From contig JAZSQL010000054.1 in the NCBI GenBank assembly GCA_045537965.1, forward strand, positions 15,224 through 79,223: DNA of 64,000 nt, written 5' to 3'. The notes below the pieces were generated by a model. The model was not told the DNA's origin and searched no databases. It worked only from the letters and a program-made list of their open reading frames with translations. A program made the position numbers and the translations under genes. This stretch comes from Alphaproteobacteria bacterium (GTDB lineage Bacteria > Pseudomonadota > Alphaproteobacteria > RF32 > CAG-239). Position 1 is the first letter of the stretch, and every line of letters begins with the position of its first letter. Of the stretch, positions 1-10,629 are shown piece after piece.

Positions 1-568
1 ACGCCGTATGTCAGCTGCTTCTGGTCGCATTACCGATGTTGATGTTGCTATGGACTTAATGATTCACGATGCTGAAGTTGTCATGTCTTTAGTTAAATCA
101 CCTGTTATTCACGTTCATGCATCAGCTGTTCATTCAGCTAAATCACCATCTGGCAAGGATTATATCAATGCTATATTAGAATTTGCTAACGGTGCAACAG
201 CAACACTAACAGCTTCTCGCATTACTCAATCTCGCATACGTACATTAAATATTACAACTAACGATAATTATATTGATATGGATTTCATTAATCAAAGTAT
301 TGCAGTTCATTCCCAAGGTCGTATGCATAATGTAAATCAAAATGATTTACCAGAAAACATGCGTTATGGACTAAAAGGTAGCATTGAAAACTTGTTTATT
401 ATGCAAGCACAACCCCTAAATTCGGAATTATCTCATTTTGCGAATTGTATAAATGGTAAAGAAACCCCCAGAGTTACTGGAGAACAAGCTCTAGAAGCTT
501 TGCGTGTTATTTGGAAGATTCAAAACTCTCTTAACTTCAGTAATTCATTACAAATCGCTGCAGAATAA
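1..568 (+). CDS. Gfo/Idh/MocA-type oxidoreductase, C-terminal portion; gene is 5'-truncated by the window edge (frame open from position 2)
   Basis: Reading frame is open at the window start. The alpha/beta C-terminal domain resembles that of the Gfo/Idh/MocA family. A terminator hairpin follows the stop. Confidence 0.4.
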   Translation, partial: RRMSAASGRITDVDVAMDLMIHDAEVVMSLVKSPVIHVHASAVHSAKSPSGKDYINAILEFANGATATLTASRITQSRIRTLNITTNDNYIDMDFINQSIAVHSQGRMHNVNQNDLPENMRYGLKGSIENLFIMQAQPLNSELSHFANCINGKETPRVTGEQALEALRVIWKIQNSLNFSNSLQIAAE

Positions 569-590
569 AAATCTTGCCAAAAATTTAAAT

Positions 591-623
591 AAGGGGCATA
601 AATATCTTGCCCCTTATTTTTTG
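591..623 (+). terminator. Rho-independent terminator (stem aaggggca/tgcccctt followed by a T-run)
   Basis: Perfect 8-bp GC-rich stem followed by attttttg. It overlaps the upstream TTG of the ORF-track start for truA, which argues for the ATG at 640. Confidence 0.7.
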
Positions 624-639
624 CAAAGAAAGAAAAATT

Positions 640-1380
640 ATGCGCTACAAACTAACACTTGAATATGACGGAACCAATACTCTTGGTTGGCAACGACAAT
701 TGGATGGTCCCTCAATTCAAGAATATTTAGAAACAGTCTTAGAAACTTTATCAGGACAACATTCTGAAGTTGCTGCCGCAGGAAGAACCGATGCTGGTGT
801 TCATGCACTTGGGCAAGTAGCTCATATAGACTTTGATACATCAATGGAAACTTGGAAAATACGTGAAGCTTTCAATGCCAACCTACGTCAACTTGAAGCT
901 CCAGTAAATGTATTAGAGGTTGAAGAAGTAAGTGATGATTTTCATGCACGCTTTTCCGCTAAAGGAAGAGGCTATATATATCGCATTCTAAACCGCCGCT
1001 CCCCATCTATTCTTCGTAATAATCGTGTTTGGTGGGTTCCTGTACCTCTGGACATCAATAAAATGCAAGAAGCCGCTCAATTTTTACTAGGAAACCACGA
1101 TTTTACATCTTTTCGAGCCGCTGCTTGCCAAGCTAAATCACCAATAAAAACTCTTGATAAACTAGACATTCAACAAAATGATGACGAAATAATATTCATA
1201 GTTGAGGCAAAATCATTTTTACATCACCAAGTCCGTAATATGGTTGGCACACTAAAACAAGTTGGCGAAGGAAAAATGCTTCCCAAAGACATAAAAACAA
1301 TTCTCGAAGCTAAAGATAGATCCAAAGCTGGAGCAACAGCCCCCGCCTGCGGTTTGTATTTAAATAAGGTTATGTACTAA
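640..1380 (+). CDS. truA: tRNA pseudouridine(38-40) synthase TruA
   Basis: N-terminus MRYKLTLEYDGT..GWQRQ and the catalytic region GRTDAGVHA are canonical TruA. Start placed at the ATG at 640 rather than the upstream TTG. Confidence 0.88.
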   Translation: MRYKLTLEYDGTNTLGWQRQLDGPSIQEYLETVLETLSGQHSEVAAAGRTDAGVHALGQVAHIDFDTSMETWKIREAFNANLRQLEAPVNVLEVEEVSDDFHARFSAKGRGYIYRILNRRSPSILRNNRVWWVPVPLDINKMQEAAQFLLGNHDFTSFRAAACQAKSPIKTLDKLDIQQNDDEIIFIVEAKSFLHHQVRNMVGTLKQVGEGKMLPKDIKTILEAKDRSKAGATAPACGLYLNKVMY

Positions 1381-1382
1381 CT

Positions 1383-3191
1383 TTACTCATCACCAATACG
1401 CAATGCTTCAATAAATGCAGATTGTGGAACTTCAACTTTTCCAAACTGGCGCATACGTAATTTACCTTTTTTCTGCTTATCCAACAATTTACGTTTACGT
1501 GTTATATCACCACCATAACATTTAGCAGTAACATCTTTACGCAAAGCTGATATTGTTTCTCTAGCAACAACCCTTCCGCCAATACAAGCTTGGATTGGAA
1601 TTTTAAATAAATGTCTAGGAATCAAATCTTTCAAACGTTCACAAATCTGACGACCTCGCGATTCTGCCTCTGTTTTATGACATAAAAATGCCAAAGCATC
1701 AACGGGCTCTTCATTAATCAAAATCTGTACCTTAACCAAATCAGACTGCTGATACCCTATCAACTCGTAGTCAAAACTAGCATAACCAGATGTTATTGAT
1801 TTTAATCTATCATAAAAATCAAACACTATTTCATTAAGTGGAATTTTGTAAACCACCATCGCTCTAGAACCAACATAAGTTAATTCTTGTTGCTCGCCTC
1901 GTCGTTCAGTGCAAAGCTTCAAAACTGATCCTAAATATGTATCAGGAACAAGAATAGTAGCTTTTACCATAGGTTCTTCTATAGAAGAAATCTTTGTTGG
2001 CTCTGGCATATCAGCAGGATTATGAAGGGTAATATCTTCTCCATTTGTCATATGTATTTTATAGGCTACAGATGGAGCTGTTGTAATCAAATCAAGATCA
2101 AACTCTCTGCCCAAGCGTTCTTGGATAATTTCCATATGCAAAAGCCCCAAAAATCCACATCTGAAACCTAACCCTAAAGCTGCTGAATTTTCATTCTGAT
2201 AATCTACACTGGCATCATTAAGCTTAAGTTTTGCTAAAGCATCTTTTAATGTTTCATATTGACTTGAATCAACTGGAAAGATAGAACAAAATACCACTGG
2301 TATTGATGGCTTAAATCCTTTTAATGGTTCATCACACGGCCTTTTATGTTCAGTAATAGTATCACCTACACTACAATCTCCTACACTCTTAATACTCGCA
2401 GTAATAAAACCAACCTCACCAGGATATAAAGCATCAACATCTGTCATCTTGGGTGAAAATATACCAACTCTATCTACTAAATATGTTGCATTATTTGACA
2501 TCATTCTTATTTGTGTTTTTTTCTTCAAAATTCCATCATTAACACGAACTAAAATAATTACCCCTAAATAGCTATCATACCAACTATCAATCAACAAAGC
2601 TTTGAGTGGAGCATTTTCGTCACCTTTGGGAGCTGGCAACTTATTAACAATTTCTTCTAATAAATTATCAACCCCTAAACCTGTTTTTCCAGATGCTTCA
2701 ACAGCCTCAGATGTATCCAATCCGATAACGTCCTCAATCTGTTGTTTAACCCTATCAACATCTGCCGATGGTAAGTCAACTTTATTTAATACAGGAATAA
2801 TTTCATGATTATTGTCTATAGCCAAATAAACATTTGCTAAGGTTTGCGCCTCAACCCCTTGTGTAGCATCAACCACCAATACAGATCCTTCACAAGAAGC
2901 CAATGAACGAGATACCTCATAAGAAAAATCAACATGTCCTGGGGTATCAATTAAATTAAGTTGATATATCTTACCATCTTTTGCATTATAATTCAGACGT
3001 ACTGTCTGAGCTTTAATCGTAATACCTCTTTCTTTTTCAATATCCATATTATCTAAAACCTGTTCGGTCATTTCTCGTTTTTCTAAACCACCGCAAAGCT
3101 CTATTAATCTATCTGCCAAAGTTGATTTACCATGGTCAATATGGGCAATAATTGCAAAATTTCTTATTAAATCAATATTGTGATTGCTCAT
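1383..3191 (-). CDS. lepA: Elongation factor 4 (LepA)
   Basis: G-domain motifs [17 protein letters not shown] and NKVD are present. Length of 602 aa and the LepA-specific C-terminal domain fit. Confidence 0.95.
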   Translation of the reverse strand: MSNHNIDLIRNFAIIAHIDHGKSTLADRLIELCGGLEKREMTEQVLDNMDIEKERGITIKAQTVRLNYNAKDGKIYQLNLIDTPGHVDFSYEVSRSLASCEGSVLVVDATQGVEAQTLANVYLAIDNNHEIIPVLNKVDLPSADVDRVKQQIEDVIGLDTSEAVEASGKTGLGVDNLLEEIVNKLPAPKGDENAPLKALLIDSWYDSYLGVIILVRVNDGILKKKTQIRMMSNNATYLVDRVGIFSPKMTDVDALYPGEVGFITASIKSVGDCSVGDTITEHKRPCDEPLKGFKPSIPVVFCSIFPVDSSQYETLKDALAKLKLNDASVDYQNENSAALGLGFRCGFLGLLHMEIIQERLGREFDLDLITTAPSVAYKIHMTNGEDITLHNPADMPEPTKISSIEEPMVKATILVPDTYLGSVLKLCTERRGEQQELTYVGSRAMVVYKIPLNEIVFDFYDRLKSITSGYASFDYELIGYQQSDLVKVQILINEEPVDALAFLCHKTEAESRGRQICERLKDLIPRHLFKIPIQACIGGRVVARETISALRKDVTAKCYGGDITRKRKLLDKQKKGKLRMRQFGKVEVPQSAFIEALRIGDE

Positions 3192-3357
3192 TTCTTAATC
3201 TTTCTTAAAGCATATTTATTTATATTAAGCCAAAATACTAGAAAAATTAAAATAGGCAAGCATTTTTGGGATTAACTTATAAAGATTGACTCATTTTAAG
3301 AAAAAGCGCATAATTAAACTCATAAACTATTATTAAAAAAGGGGGGGAGATATTATC

Positions 3358-3795
3358 ATGCGAAAAATTATCGATATTGATTTTGGTTCAAGTCGCTACG
3401 AACAACTAGTTGAACTACGTTATAAAGTTTTGTTAGAACCCCTTGGTCTAAAATTTTTAGATTCCCATCGCGATAAGGAGATAAACTATCTTCATATTGG
3501 TTGTATAGAAAATTTAGATGACAAACTAATTGGTGGAATGATGCTAATCCCCTTAGATGATACAACAATTCGTATGATGCAAGTAGCTGTTGATGGTAAA
3601 TATCAAAGAGACGGTGTCGGACGTGATCTTGTTACGCATGCTGAAAATCGCGCCAAAAAAACTGGATATAAAAAGATTGTTATGCACGCAATGCTCACCG
3701 TTATAGGCTTTTATGAAAAACTTGGTTATACCCAAGAAGGAGAAATATTTGAAGAACGAGGTATAACCTTTGCTAAGATGGTCAAACAATTATAG
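3358..3795 (+). CDS. GNAT-family N-acetyltransferase
   Basis: GNAT motif A-like QRDGVGRDLV at 145 aa. GGGGAGA RBS lies upstream. Confidence 0.7.
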   Translation: MRKIIDIDFGSSRYEQLVELRYKVLLEPLGLKFLDSHRDKEINYLHIGCIENLDDKLIGGMMLIPLDDTTIRMMQVAVDGKYQRDGVGRDLVTHAENRAKKTGYKKIVMHAMLTVIGFYEKLGYTQEGEIFEERGITFAKMVKQL

Positions 3796-3939
3796 GACAT
3801 AAAAAAATTTAGCCCCTTAATAATTCTATATTACCAAAGGGCTAATGGTTATTTTTCACATCATTGCAAGTTGTATGGCTCTGTTTGTATTTACATACAA
3901 AACACATCTATTTGTTATTTTAATATATTTCTACGACAC

Positions 3940-4452
3940 TTAAGCTTTTTCTTTTCTAAATTTCTCTAGTTTTTTCAATAACATCTGCCTTTTTAATCTG
4001 CTTATTTTATCAATATAAAGAACCCCCTCTAAATGATCTAACTCATGCTGAACTGCAACAGCTAAAAAGTCTTCCGCCAAAAGTTCCTGTTTTTTACCAT
4101 TATAATCTAAATATTCTACTCTGACCATTGCAGGACGCTCAACCTCAGCTCTTTGTCCAGGAACTGACAAACAACCTTCTTCACAAATTTCTGTCTCTTC
4201 CGACTTCCAAATAATAACAGGATTAACCATATAAATAGGATTCGCTTCTTCTCCTTCATGAGCAATATCTATCACTACAACTCTTTTTGACACACCAACT
4301 TGCGGAGCTGCCAAACCACAACCATTACTAGCATACATAGTTTCTAGCATATCATTTAAAAACCTACGTATCTCATCATCAACCGCTACTACATTCTCAG
4401 CTTTTTTTTTCAAAACTGGATGTGGATACTCATAAAGTTTTAATATTGCCAT
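3940..4452 (-). CDS. def: Peptide deformylase
   Basis: Carries the three PDF motifs GCGLAAPQVG, EGCLSVPG and HELDHLEG. Confidence 0.93.
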   Translation of the reverse strand: MAILKLYEYPHPVLKKKAENVVAVDDEIRRFLNDMLETMYASNGCGLAAPQVGVSKRVVVIDIAHEGEEANPIYMVNPVIIWKSEETEICEEGCLSVPGQRAEVERPAMVRVEYLDYNGKKQELLAEDFLAVAVQHELDHLEGVLYIDKISRLKRQMLLKKLEKFRKEKA

Positions 4453-4947
4453 TTACACTCTAACCTGTTTTGCTATTGAATCTAACAACGCATTAACCAT
4501 TTTAGGTTCATTTTTAGAAAAGAAAGCATATGCTAAATCAACATATTCTTTAACAATCACTGCCGCATCAATATCTATAGTATGAACCAATTCATATGAT
4601 GCACATAATAAAAGAGCTCGCAACGTACCATCAAATCTATCAAATTGCCACCCATCTTTAAGGTAATGAGCTAAAGATTTTTCTAACATTTCTTTATTTT
4701 TATGAACATCACGAGTTAGTGTCGCAAAATAATTAGTATCCATTTCTTCTATTTCAACCATATTTTCAAACACTTCATAACCATCACTATCTTCTTCTAT
4801 CACAAAACGTCCAATATTACCATTGACAAAATCTTTAATTACCTCGTCAACTGACAATTGACCATATTCAATCATATATGTTGCCTGAACAGCGGCCAAA
4901 CGAGCCGCTGATTTTTTCTTTATCTTTTCTGAAATAAATTTAGCCAT
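4453..4947 (-). CDS. nusB: Transcription antitermination factor NusB
   Basis: NusB-like helical protein (ARLAAVQATY...) located immediately downstream of nrdR, the typical arrangement. Confidence 0.75.
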   Translation of the reverse strand: MAKFISEKIKKKSAARLAAVQATYMIEYGQLSVDEVIKDFVNGNIGRFVIEEDSDGYEVFENMVEIEEMDTNYFATLTRDVHKNKEMLEKSLAHYLKDGWQFDRFDGTLRALLLCASYELVHTIDIDAAVIVKEYVDLAYAFFSKNEPKMVNALLDSIAKQVRV

Positions 4948-5420
4948 TAATTTTCTCCTGTTATCTTGGCCATTTTTTCCAAAGTCTCTAAAAATTCTTC
5001 AAAATCCTTTGGTTCTCTAAAATCTCGATAAACTGAAGCATATCTAATATACGCCACATGATCAAGAGTTGCCAAAGCATCCATCGTCAAATCACCAATC
5101 TTTGTAGATAAAATCTCCGCCTCTCCAGTACTTTCTAAGCGTCTTTGGATTGAATTAACAATTTTCTCTACCCTTTCATTGCCAATAGGTCTTTTACGAA
5201 CCGCTAAATAGATTGAACGAGCTAGCTTATCTCTATCGAACATAACTTTCTCGCCATTTTTTTTCACAACCATCAAATCTCGTAATTGTACATGTTCAAA
5301 TGTTGTAAACCTTTGACCACATTCGGGACACTCCCTACGACGACGAACAGCTGTATCATCATCTGCATTACGAGAATCTTTTACTTGTGTATCATTGCAT
5401 CCACAAAAAGGACACTTCAT
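4947..5420 (-). CDS. nrdR: Transcriptional repressor NrdR
   Basis: N-terminal zinc ribbon CPFCG...CPECG followed by an ATP-cone domain. Confidence 0.93.
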   Translation of the reverse strand: MKCPFCGCNDTQVKDSRNADDDTAVRRRRECPECGQRFTTFEHVQLRDLMVVKKNGEKVMFDRDKLARSIYLAVRKRPIGNERVEKIVNSIQRRLESTGEAEILSTKIGDLTMDALATLDHVAYIRYASVYRDFREPKDFEEFLETLEKMAKITGEN

Positions 5421-5423
5421 TAC

Positions 5424-6746
5424 CTATTTTCCTTTTTCCAAAAGACTATCAGTAACCTGATAAAGCTTTGATGAATATCTTGCCCCTTTTATAAGAACAA
5501 TATCATTATTTTGCAAGCACTTATTTAACAAAAAGTCATCTAAACCTTCTTTATTCTCAAAAAAATACTTCTCTTTTTTATCAGATACCTGAGCTAACAT
5601 ATCTTTCATTTCAGAACAAACACCTATAACTACATCAACATCTGTTGCTTCAACTGTTTTTCCTATCTCAACATGTCTTGCCATAGAGGTATTTCCAAGT
5701 TCAGCCATCTTTCCTAAAACGACTATCTTTCGCCCATTATGCTTTATTTTACCAAGAGTTTCTATTGCAATTTTCATTGCTTCTGGCTGTCCTGAATAAC
5801 TGTCATCAATTAAAGTATAATATCCACCTTTAGGCAACTTAAGTTTGTGTTTAGCTCCCCTACCAGCTAAAGCTTTAAAATCTGACAAGTGTTTAGCCGT
5901 TTTTGCAGTATCAAGCCCCAGCTCTTTTACCAATGTCAAAACACACCAAGCATTATAAAAATTATGCTCTCCCTCATCAGCCAAGTTCAAAACAACATCT
6001 GGATGTTGATTTTTACCAAATTTTGCAATTCTCGCTCCATTTTCTAAAGCTCTTTTTTCCAAAATATCTGCAAAATTTGTATCTTCATTAATAAGAGCAA
6101 TACCTCCTTTTTTCAAAGATTTAAATATTTCAGCTTTAGCCTCTGCGATTCCTTCAAAATCCTTAAAAAACTCTATATGCATAGGATAAACATTAGTAAT
6201 TATAGCTATATCAGGCTTTACATAATCTACTAATTCCTCTATTTCGCCTTTTGCACTCATCCCCATCTCAATTATCGCAAAATCAGCCTCCATATCCATA
6301 TTACAAAGCGTGATTGGCACCCCAACATTGTTATTATGATTTCCTTCTGTGGCATAAACTTTACCAAATTGTGATAATGCAAACTTTATTTCTTCTTTAG
6401 TGGTTGTTTTACCTGCACTACCTGTCAAACCAATAACAACTCCTTTAAACATCGAACGATTATAAGCCCCTATTTTACCATAGGCTTGTAAAGTATCTCT
6501 AACAACAATTTGTCTATTCTCTGGCACATTTTCAAGCAAATGATCAACTATCGCTAATTCTGCCCCCTGTTCTAAAGCTTGCTTTACAAAACTATGTCCA
6601 TCAAACTTTTCTCCTTTAACAGCGATAAACAAATCACCTTTTTTTATTTTTCTACTATCTGTAGTAATATTACCAATTTCAACATCAATAACTTTACCAT
6701 TAAAACCAACTATTTCTGACAATTTTCTAGCTGTAATCTTTAACAT
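5424..6746 (-). CDS. murF: UDP-N-acetylmuramoyl-tripeptide--D-alanyl-D-alanine ligase (Mur ligase family)
   Basis: Mur ligase P-loop GLTGSAGKTTTKE and a MurF-like N-terminal domain. Confidence 0.8.
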   Translation of the reverse strand: MLKITARKLSEIVGFNGKVIDVEIGNITTDSRKIKKGDLFIAVKGEKFDGHSFVKQALEQGAELAIVDHLLENVPENRQIVVRDTLQAYGKIGAYNRSMFKGVVIGLTGSAGKTTTKEEIKFALSQFGKVYATEGNHNNNVGVPITLCNMDMEADFAIIEMGMSAKGEIEELVDYVKPDIAIITNVYPMHIEFFKDFEGIAEAKAEIFKSLKKGGIALINEDTNFADILEKRALENGARIAKFGKNQHPDVVLNLADEGEHNFYNAWCVLTLVKELGLDTAKTAKHLSDFKALAGRGAKHKLKLPKGGYYTLIDDSYSGQPEAMKIAIETLGKIKHNGRKIVVLGKMAELGNTSMARHVEIGKTVEATDVDVVIGVCSEMKDMLAQVSDKKEKYFFENKEGLDDFLLNKCLQNNDIVLIKGARYSSKLYQVTDSLLEKGK

Positions 6747-6864
6747 AATTAAATCCTTCTTTATTAAACAATCTTTCCCAACATCATACTATCTAATGTT
6801 AAACAATTTATTTAAAAAACCGTATCCAATAAAAGATACGGTTTTAAAACAGTTCTTTAGTATC

Positions 6865-8118
6865 TTAATAAATAGGAAAATCTTCACAAAGTTTTACAAC
6901 TTTTTTTGCTACTTCTGCAATTACATCTTCCTGTTTATTCGTACCCAGAGCATCTATTACATCTGCTATCAAATTACCTATTAATTCAAATTCCTTTTCC
7001 TTAAATCCTCTAGTAGTACCAGCTGGTGTACCAACTCTAATACCAGAAGTAATCTTAGGTGGCATAGGATCAAAAGGAATAGCATTTTTATTGCAAGTAA
7101 TATGGGCCTTATCCAAAGCATCTGCCACTACATCACCTGTAACATTTTTAGGACGTAAATCAACTAACAATAAATGCGTATCTGTGCCTCCTGACACCAA
7201 ATCAAAACCTCTTTTTTTCAAAGTTTCACCCAAAACAACCGCATTATCAATTACTTGTCTGGCATAACATTTAAATTCATCACTCAAATCTTCTTTAAAA
7301 CAAACTGCTTTAGCTGCAATAACATGTTCTAAAGGCCCCCCTTGCGAACCAGGGAAAATAGCAGAGTTGATTTTCTTAGCTAAATCTTCATTATTAGTTA
7401 AAATCATACCGCCACGAGGACCACGCAAAGTTTTATGTGTTGTCGTTGTAACAACATCGGCATATTTTAAAGGATTAGGATGAACACCTCCTGCAACAAG
7501 ACCAGCAAAATGAGCCATATCAATCATTAAATATGCATTTACCTTATCTGCAATTTTTCTAAAACGATCAAAATCAATTCTTCGTGGATACGCTGACCCA
7601 CCAGCGATAATCAACTTAGGACTATTTTCTAAAGCCAAACGCTCAACTTCATCATAATCAATCAGTCCATCTTCTTTTCTAACACCATAAGCCACCGCAT
7701 TAAGCCATTTACCAGAAATCGAAACCTTTGAACCGTGTGTCAAATGTCCACCAGCATCAAGCGACATTCCCATAATTGTATCATACGGTTTTAATAAAGC
7801 CAAATAAACTGCTGTATTAGCTTGGCTACCTGAATGAGGTTGAACATTGGCAAATTTGGCACCAAACAACTGCTTTGCTCGCTCAATTGCTAAATTTTCA
7901 ATTCCATCAACAAATTCACATCCATGATAATAACGTTTTCCTGGATAGCCCTCTGCATATTTATTAGTTAAAATAGAACCTTGCGCTTCCATAACTGCAT
8001 GAGAAACTATATTTTCAGATGCAATCAATTCTATCTGTTGCTGCTGACGCTTTAATTCTTTTTGGATAAGTTGATAAATATCATTATCTTCAATTTCTAA
8101 GTTCTGTATAAAATCCAT
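6865..8118 (-). CDS. glyA: Serine hydroxymethyltransferase
   Basis: PLP-lysine motif [14 protein letters not shown] and full-length SHMT similarity. Confidence 0.95.
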   Translation of the reverse strand: MDFIQNLEIEDNDIYQLIQKELKRQQQQIELIASENIVSHAVMEAQGSILTNKYAEGYPGKRYYHGCEFVDGIENLAIERAKQLFGAKFANVQPHSGSQANTAVYLALLKPYDTIMGMSLDAGGHLTHGSKVSISGKWLNAVAYGVRKEDGLIDYDEVERLALENSPKLIIAGGSAYPRRIDFDRFRKIADKVNAYLMIDMAHFAGLVAGGVHPNPLKYADVVTTTTHKTLRGPRGGMILTNNEDLAKKINSAIFPGSQGGPLEHVIAAKAVCFKEDLSDEFKCYARQVIDNAVVLGETLKKRGFDLVSGGTDTHLLLVDLRPKNVTGDVVADALDKAHITCNKNAIPFDPMPPKITSGIRVGTPAGTTRGFKEKEFELIGNLIADVIDALGTNKQEDVIAEVAKKVVKLCEDFPIY

Positions 8119-8132
8119 TTTCTATTCCTCAA

Positions 8133-8558
8133 TTATCCTAACAAGTCAATCCTGCGACAATGTCTTTCACCATTAGAAAAAGGAGTCGCTAAAAAGATAT
8201 CAAAGTACCGTAATACTTCTTCTTTAGTTTGAACTCTTGCTCCAAAAACCGCCACATTTGCATTATTATGTTCTCTAGCTAACGCAGCAACCTCATTATT
8301 ATAAAGCAACGCTGCTCTAATCCCCTTATGTCTATTAGCTGCAATAGATATACCAACACCAGTTCCACAAATCAATACACCCATATCAGCTTGTCCACTA
8401 TTAATAACATCAGCCATCTTATCTGCAATAACAGGATAGTCACACGATTCGCTTGAATAGGTACCAATATCAAACCAATCAATATCTTGATAATTATTTT
8501 TTAAAAACTCTTTTAATTCAAACCCACCATGATCTGAACCTATTGCTATTTTCATCAA
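8133..8558 (-). CDS. rpiB: Ribose-5-phosphate isomerase B
   Basis: RpiB/LacAB family with motifs MKIAIGSDHGGFELK and CGTGVGISIAANR. Confidence 0.88.
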   Translation of the reverse strand: MMKIAIGSDHGGFELKEFLKNNYQDIDWFDIGTYSSESCDYPVIADKMADVINSGQADMGVLICGTGVGISIAANRHKGIRAALLYNNEVAALAREHNNANVAVFGARVQTKEEVLRYFDIFLATPFSNGERHCRRIDLLG

Positions 8559-8638
8559 TCACCTCATACAAAAAATTATAAACTTTCTCTATCATACAAC
8601 AAAGTTGTGATAAAAAAACAAATTTTTAAAAAAATATA

Positions 8639-8666
8639 TTGACGTGTGAAAAAATTATTGTATATA
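8639..8666 (+). promoter_or_regulatory. Candidate sigma70-type promoter for the tRNA-Cys/tRNA-Asn operon (TTGACG, 16-nt spacer, TATATA)
   Basis: -35/-10-like hexamers about 35 nt upstream of the tRNA-Cys 5' end. Confidence 0.4.
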
Positions 8667-8701
8667 TAGAGGCACCGATTGAGAGAACGGTAACCATGAT
8701 T

Positions 8702-8776
8702 GGCCGGTTGGCAGAGTGGCTCATGCAGAGGACTGCAAATCCTTGTACATCGGTTCGATTCCGGTACCGGCCTCCA
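8702..8776 (+). tRNA. tRNA-Cys (anticodon GCA)
   Basis: Cloverleaf with acceptor stem ggccggt/accggcc. Anticodon stem gagga/tcctt with loop cuGCAaa. Encoded CCA. Confidence 0.9.
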
Positions 8777-8791
8777 AAATACCGTTTTTAT

Positions 8792-8866
8792 TCCGGCTTA
8801 GCTCAGCGGTAGAGCAATCGGCTGTTAACCGATTGGTCGCCTGTTCGAATCAGGCAGCCGGAGCCA
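8792..8866 (+). tRNA. tRNA-Asn (anticodon GTT)
   Basis: Acceptor stem tccggct/agccgga. Anticodon stem atcgg/ccgat with loop cuGUUaa. T-loop ttcgaat. Encoded CCA. Confidence 0.9.
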
Positions 8867-8871
8867 AAAAA

Positions 8872-8905
8872 AAGACCTTAGCTTTACAGTTAAGGTCTTT
8901 TTTTG
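8872..8905. terminator. Bidirectional rho-independent terminator (tRNA operon and convergent prfC)
   Basis: Hairpin aagacctta...taaggtctt flanked by an A-run on one side and a T-run on the other. Confidence 0.75.
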
Positions 8906-8945
8906 TTGTTCCTTGCCACTATCTTTGACGATGAACCAGAAAACG

Positions 8946-10538
8946 TTATTCTTTAACTTTTGCAAATTTTATCTTAGAAAAATCTTCTTGAGCTTTATTT
9001 AAGTGCCAAGCATTACGCGCTAAAAACACCAAAGCTCCATCATTATCTTCTGCAATATTAAGCCTATTATCATCAACAAATTTATTCAACTCCTTACTAT
9101 CATCTGCAGAAATCCACCTCGCTGTAAAATACTGTGTTGGTTCAAACATAACAGGCAAACCAAATTCATTTTTAATACGATCAGCCATAACTTCAAACTG
9201 TAAAACACCAACCACTCCAACAATCCATTCAGCACCAACAACAGGTTTAAAAATACTTGCTCCCCCCTCTTCTGCAATTTGTCTTAAAGCATCACCCAAA
9301 TGCTTAGACTTTAAAGGATCTAAAGCTCTAGCTGATTTTAGTAATTCAGGAGCAAACGAAGGAATCCCTGTAAACGTTATCTTTTCCCCCTCAGTCAAAG
9401 TATCTCCTATTCTAAGTTGTCCATGATTGGGAATTCCTATAATATCTCCAGAATATGCATCTTCAGCTAGTTCTCGTTCTTGAGCCAAAAACATTACTGG
9501 CGTTGGAACCTTAATCACCTTACCTGTTCTAACTTGATGTAATGTCATACCTCGCTTAAAATGTCCCGAACAAATTCGCATAAAAGCGATTCTATCACGA
9601 TGCTTTGGATCCATATTAGCCTGAATTTTAAATATAAAACCACTAACCTTAGTTTCGTCAGGCTTAACTTCTCGCTCAATCGCTGGATGAGGGCGAGGAG
9701 TTGGAGCAAAAGAATGCAATCCTTCCAAAACCTCTTTAACACCAAAGTTATTAATAGCACTTCCAAAAAATACAGGTGTCAAAGTACCTGCTAAATAAGC
9801 ATCTAGATCAAATTTAGGACAAAGTTCGCTAATCATCATAACATCTTCACGCAACTTTTCAACCTGATGCGCTGGTAACAATTCATCTAACTTTGGATCA
9901 TCAAGCCCACTACATGTTTCAATTACACTATTAACTGTTGACTTGTCTCCTGATTTATTCATCAAAATCATACGATTATTCAAAATATCATAACACCCCT
10001 TAAAATCCTTACCTGATCCTACAGGCCAACTTGCAGGTGTAACATCTAACGCTAGCGTTCGTTCAATTTCATCTAACAAAGCAAACGGATCTTGCCCCTC
10101 TCGATCTAATTTATTGATGAACGTTAAAATAGGAACATCACGTAAACGACAAACTTCAAACAATTTTTTAGTTTGGGTCTCAATACCTTTTGCCGAATCA
10201 AGAACCATAACGGCCGAGTCAACAGCTGTCAAAACACGATATGTATCTTCTGAAAAATCTTCATGCCCTGGCGTATCTAAAAGATTAAATGTTATATTAT
10301 CATATTCAAAAGTCATAACAGATGATGCAACAGAAATTCCTCGTTCTTGCTCAACCTTCATCCAATCAGAATGAGCTCGCCTACTTTCTCCTCTAGCTTT
10401 TACAGCACCTGCTTGTTGAATAGCACCTCCAAATAACAACAACTTTTCTGTCAAAGTTGTCTTACCAGCATCTGGGTGCGAAATAATTGCAAACGTTTTA
10501 CGTGGATTAACCTTTGTCATTTTCCAATTCCTTAACAA
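8946..10538 (-). CDS. prfC: Peptide chain release factor 3
   Basis: GTPase motifs AIISHPDAGKTT, DTPGHEDF and NKLD. Length of 530 aa fits RF3. Confidence 0.95.
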   Translation of the reverse strand: MLRNWKMTKVNPRKTFAIISHPDAGKTTLTEKLLLFGGAIQQAGAVKARGESRRAHSDWMKVEQERGISVASSVMTFEYDNITFNLLDTPGHEDFSEDTYRVLTAVDSAVMVLDSAKGIETQTKKLFEVCRLRDVPILTFINKLDREGQDPFALLDEIERTLALDVTPASWPVGSGKDFKGCYDILNNRMILMNKSGDKSTVNSVIETCSGLDDPKLDELLPAHQVEKLREDVMMISELCPKFDLDAYLAGTLTPVFFGSAINNFGVKEVLEGLHSFAPTPRPHPAIEREVKPDETKVSGFIFKIQANMDPKHRDRIAFMRICSGHFKRGMTLHQVRTGKVIKVPTPVMFLAQERELAEDAYSGDIIGIPNHGQLRIGDTLTEGEKITFTGIPSFAPELLKSARALDPLKSKHLGDALRQIAEEGGASIFKPVVGAEWIVGVVGVLQFEVMADRIKNEFGLPVMFEPTQYFTARWISADDSKELNKFVDDNRLNIAEDNDGALVFLARNAWHLNKAQEDFSKIKFAKVKE

Positions 10539-10629
10539 TCAATTGCCTTATCAGTAACAACTATCCAAGCATAAGTCAAGCAAAAGAAAAAAACTCAATA
10601 TACCTAATTTTAGCTAAAATATCAGAAAA

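Noticed and set aside
2602-2808. 68-aa plus-strand ORF
   Set aside because: It is antisense within lepA.
3796-3939. Possible terminator hairpin tagccc..gggcta after the GNAT gene
   Set aside because: The stem is only 6 bp with a >20-nt loop and no clean T-run. Too weak to call.
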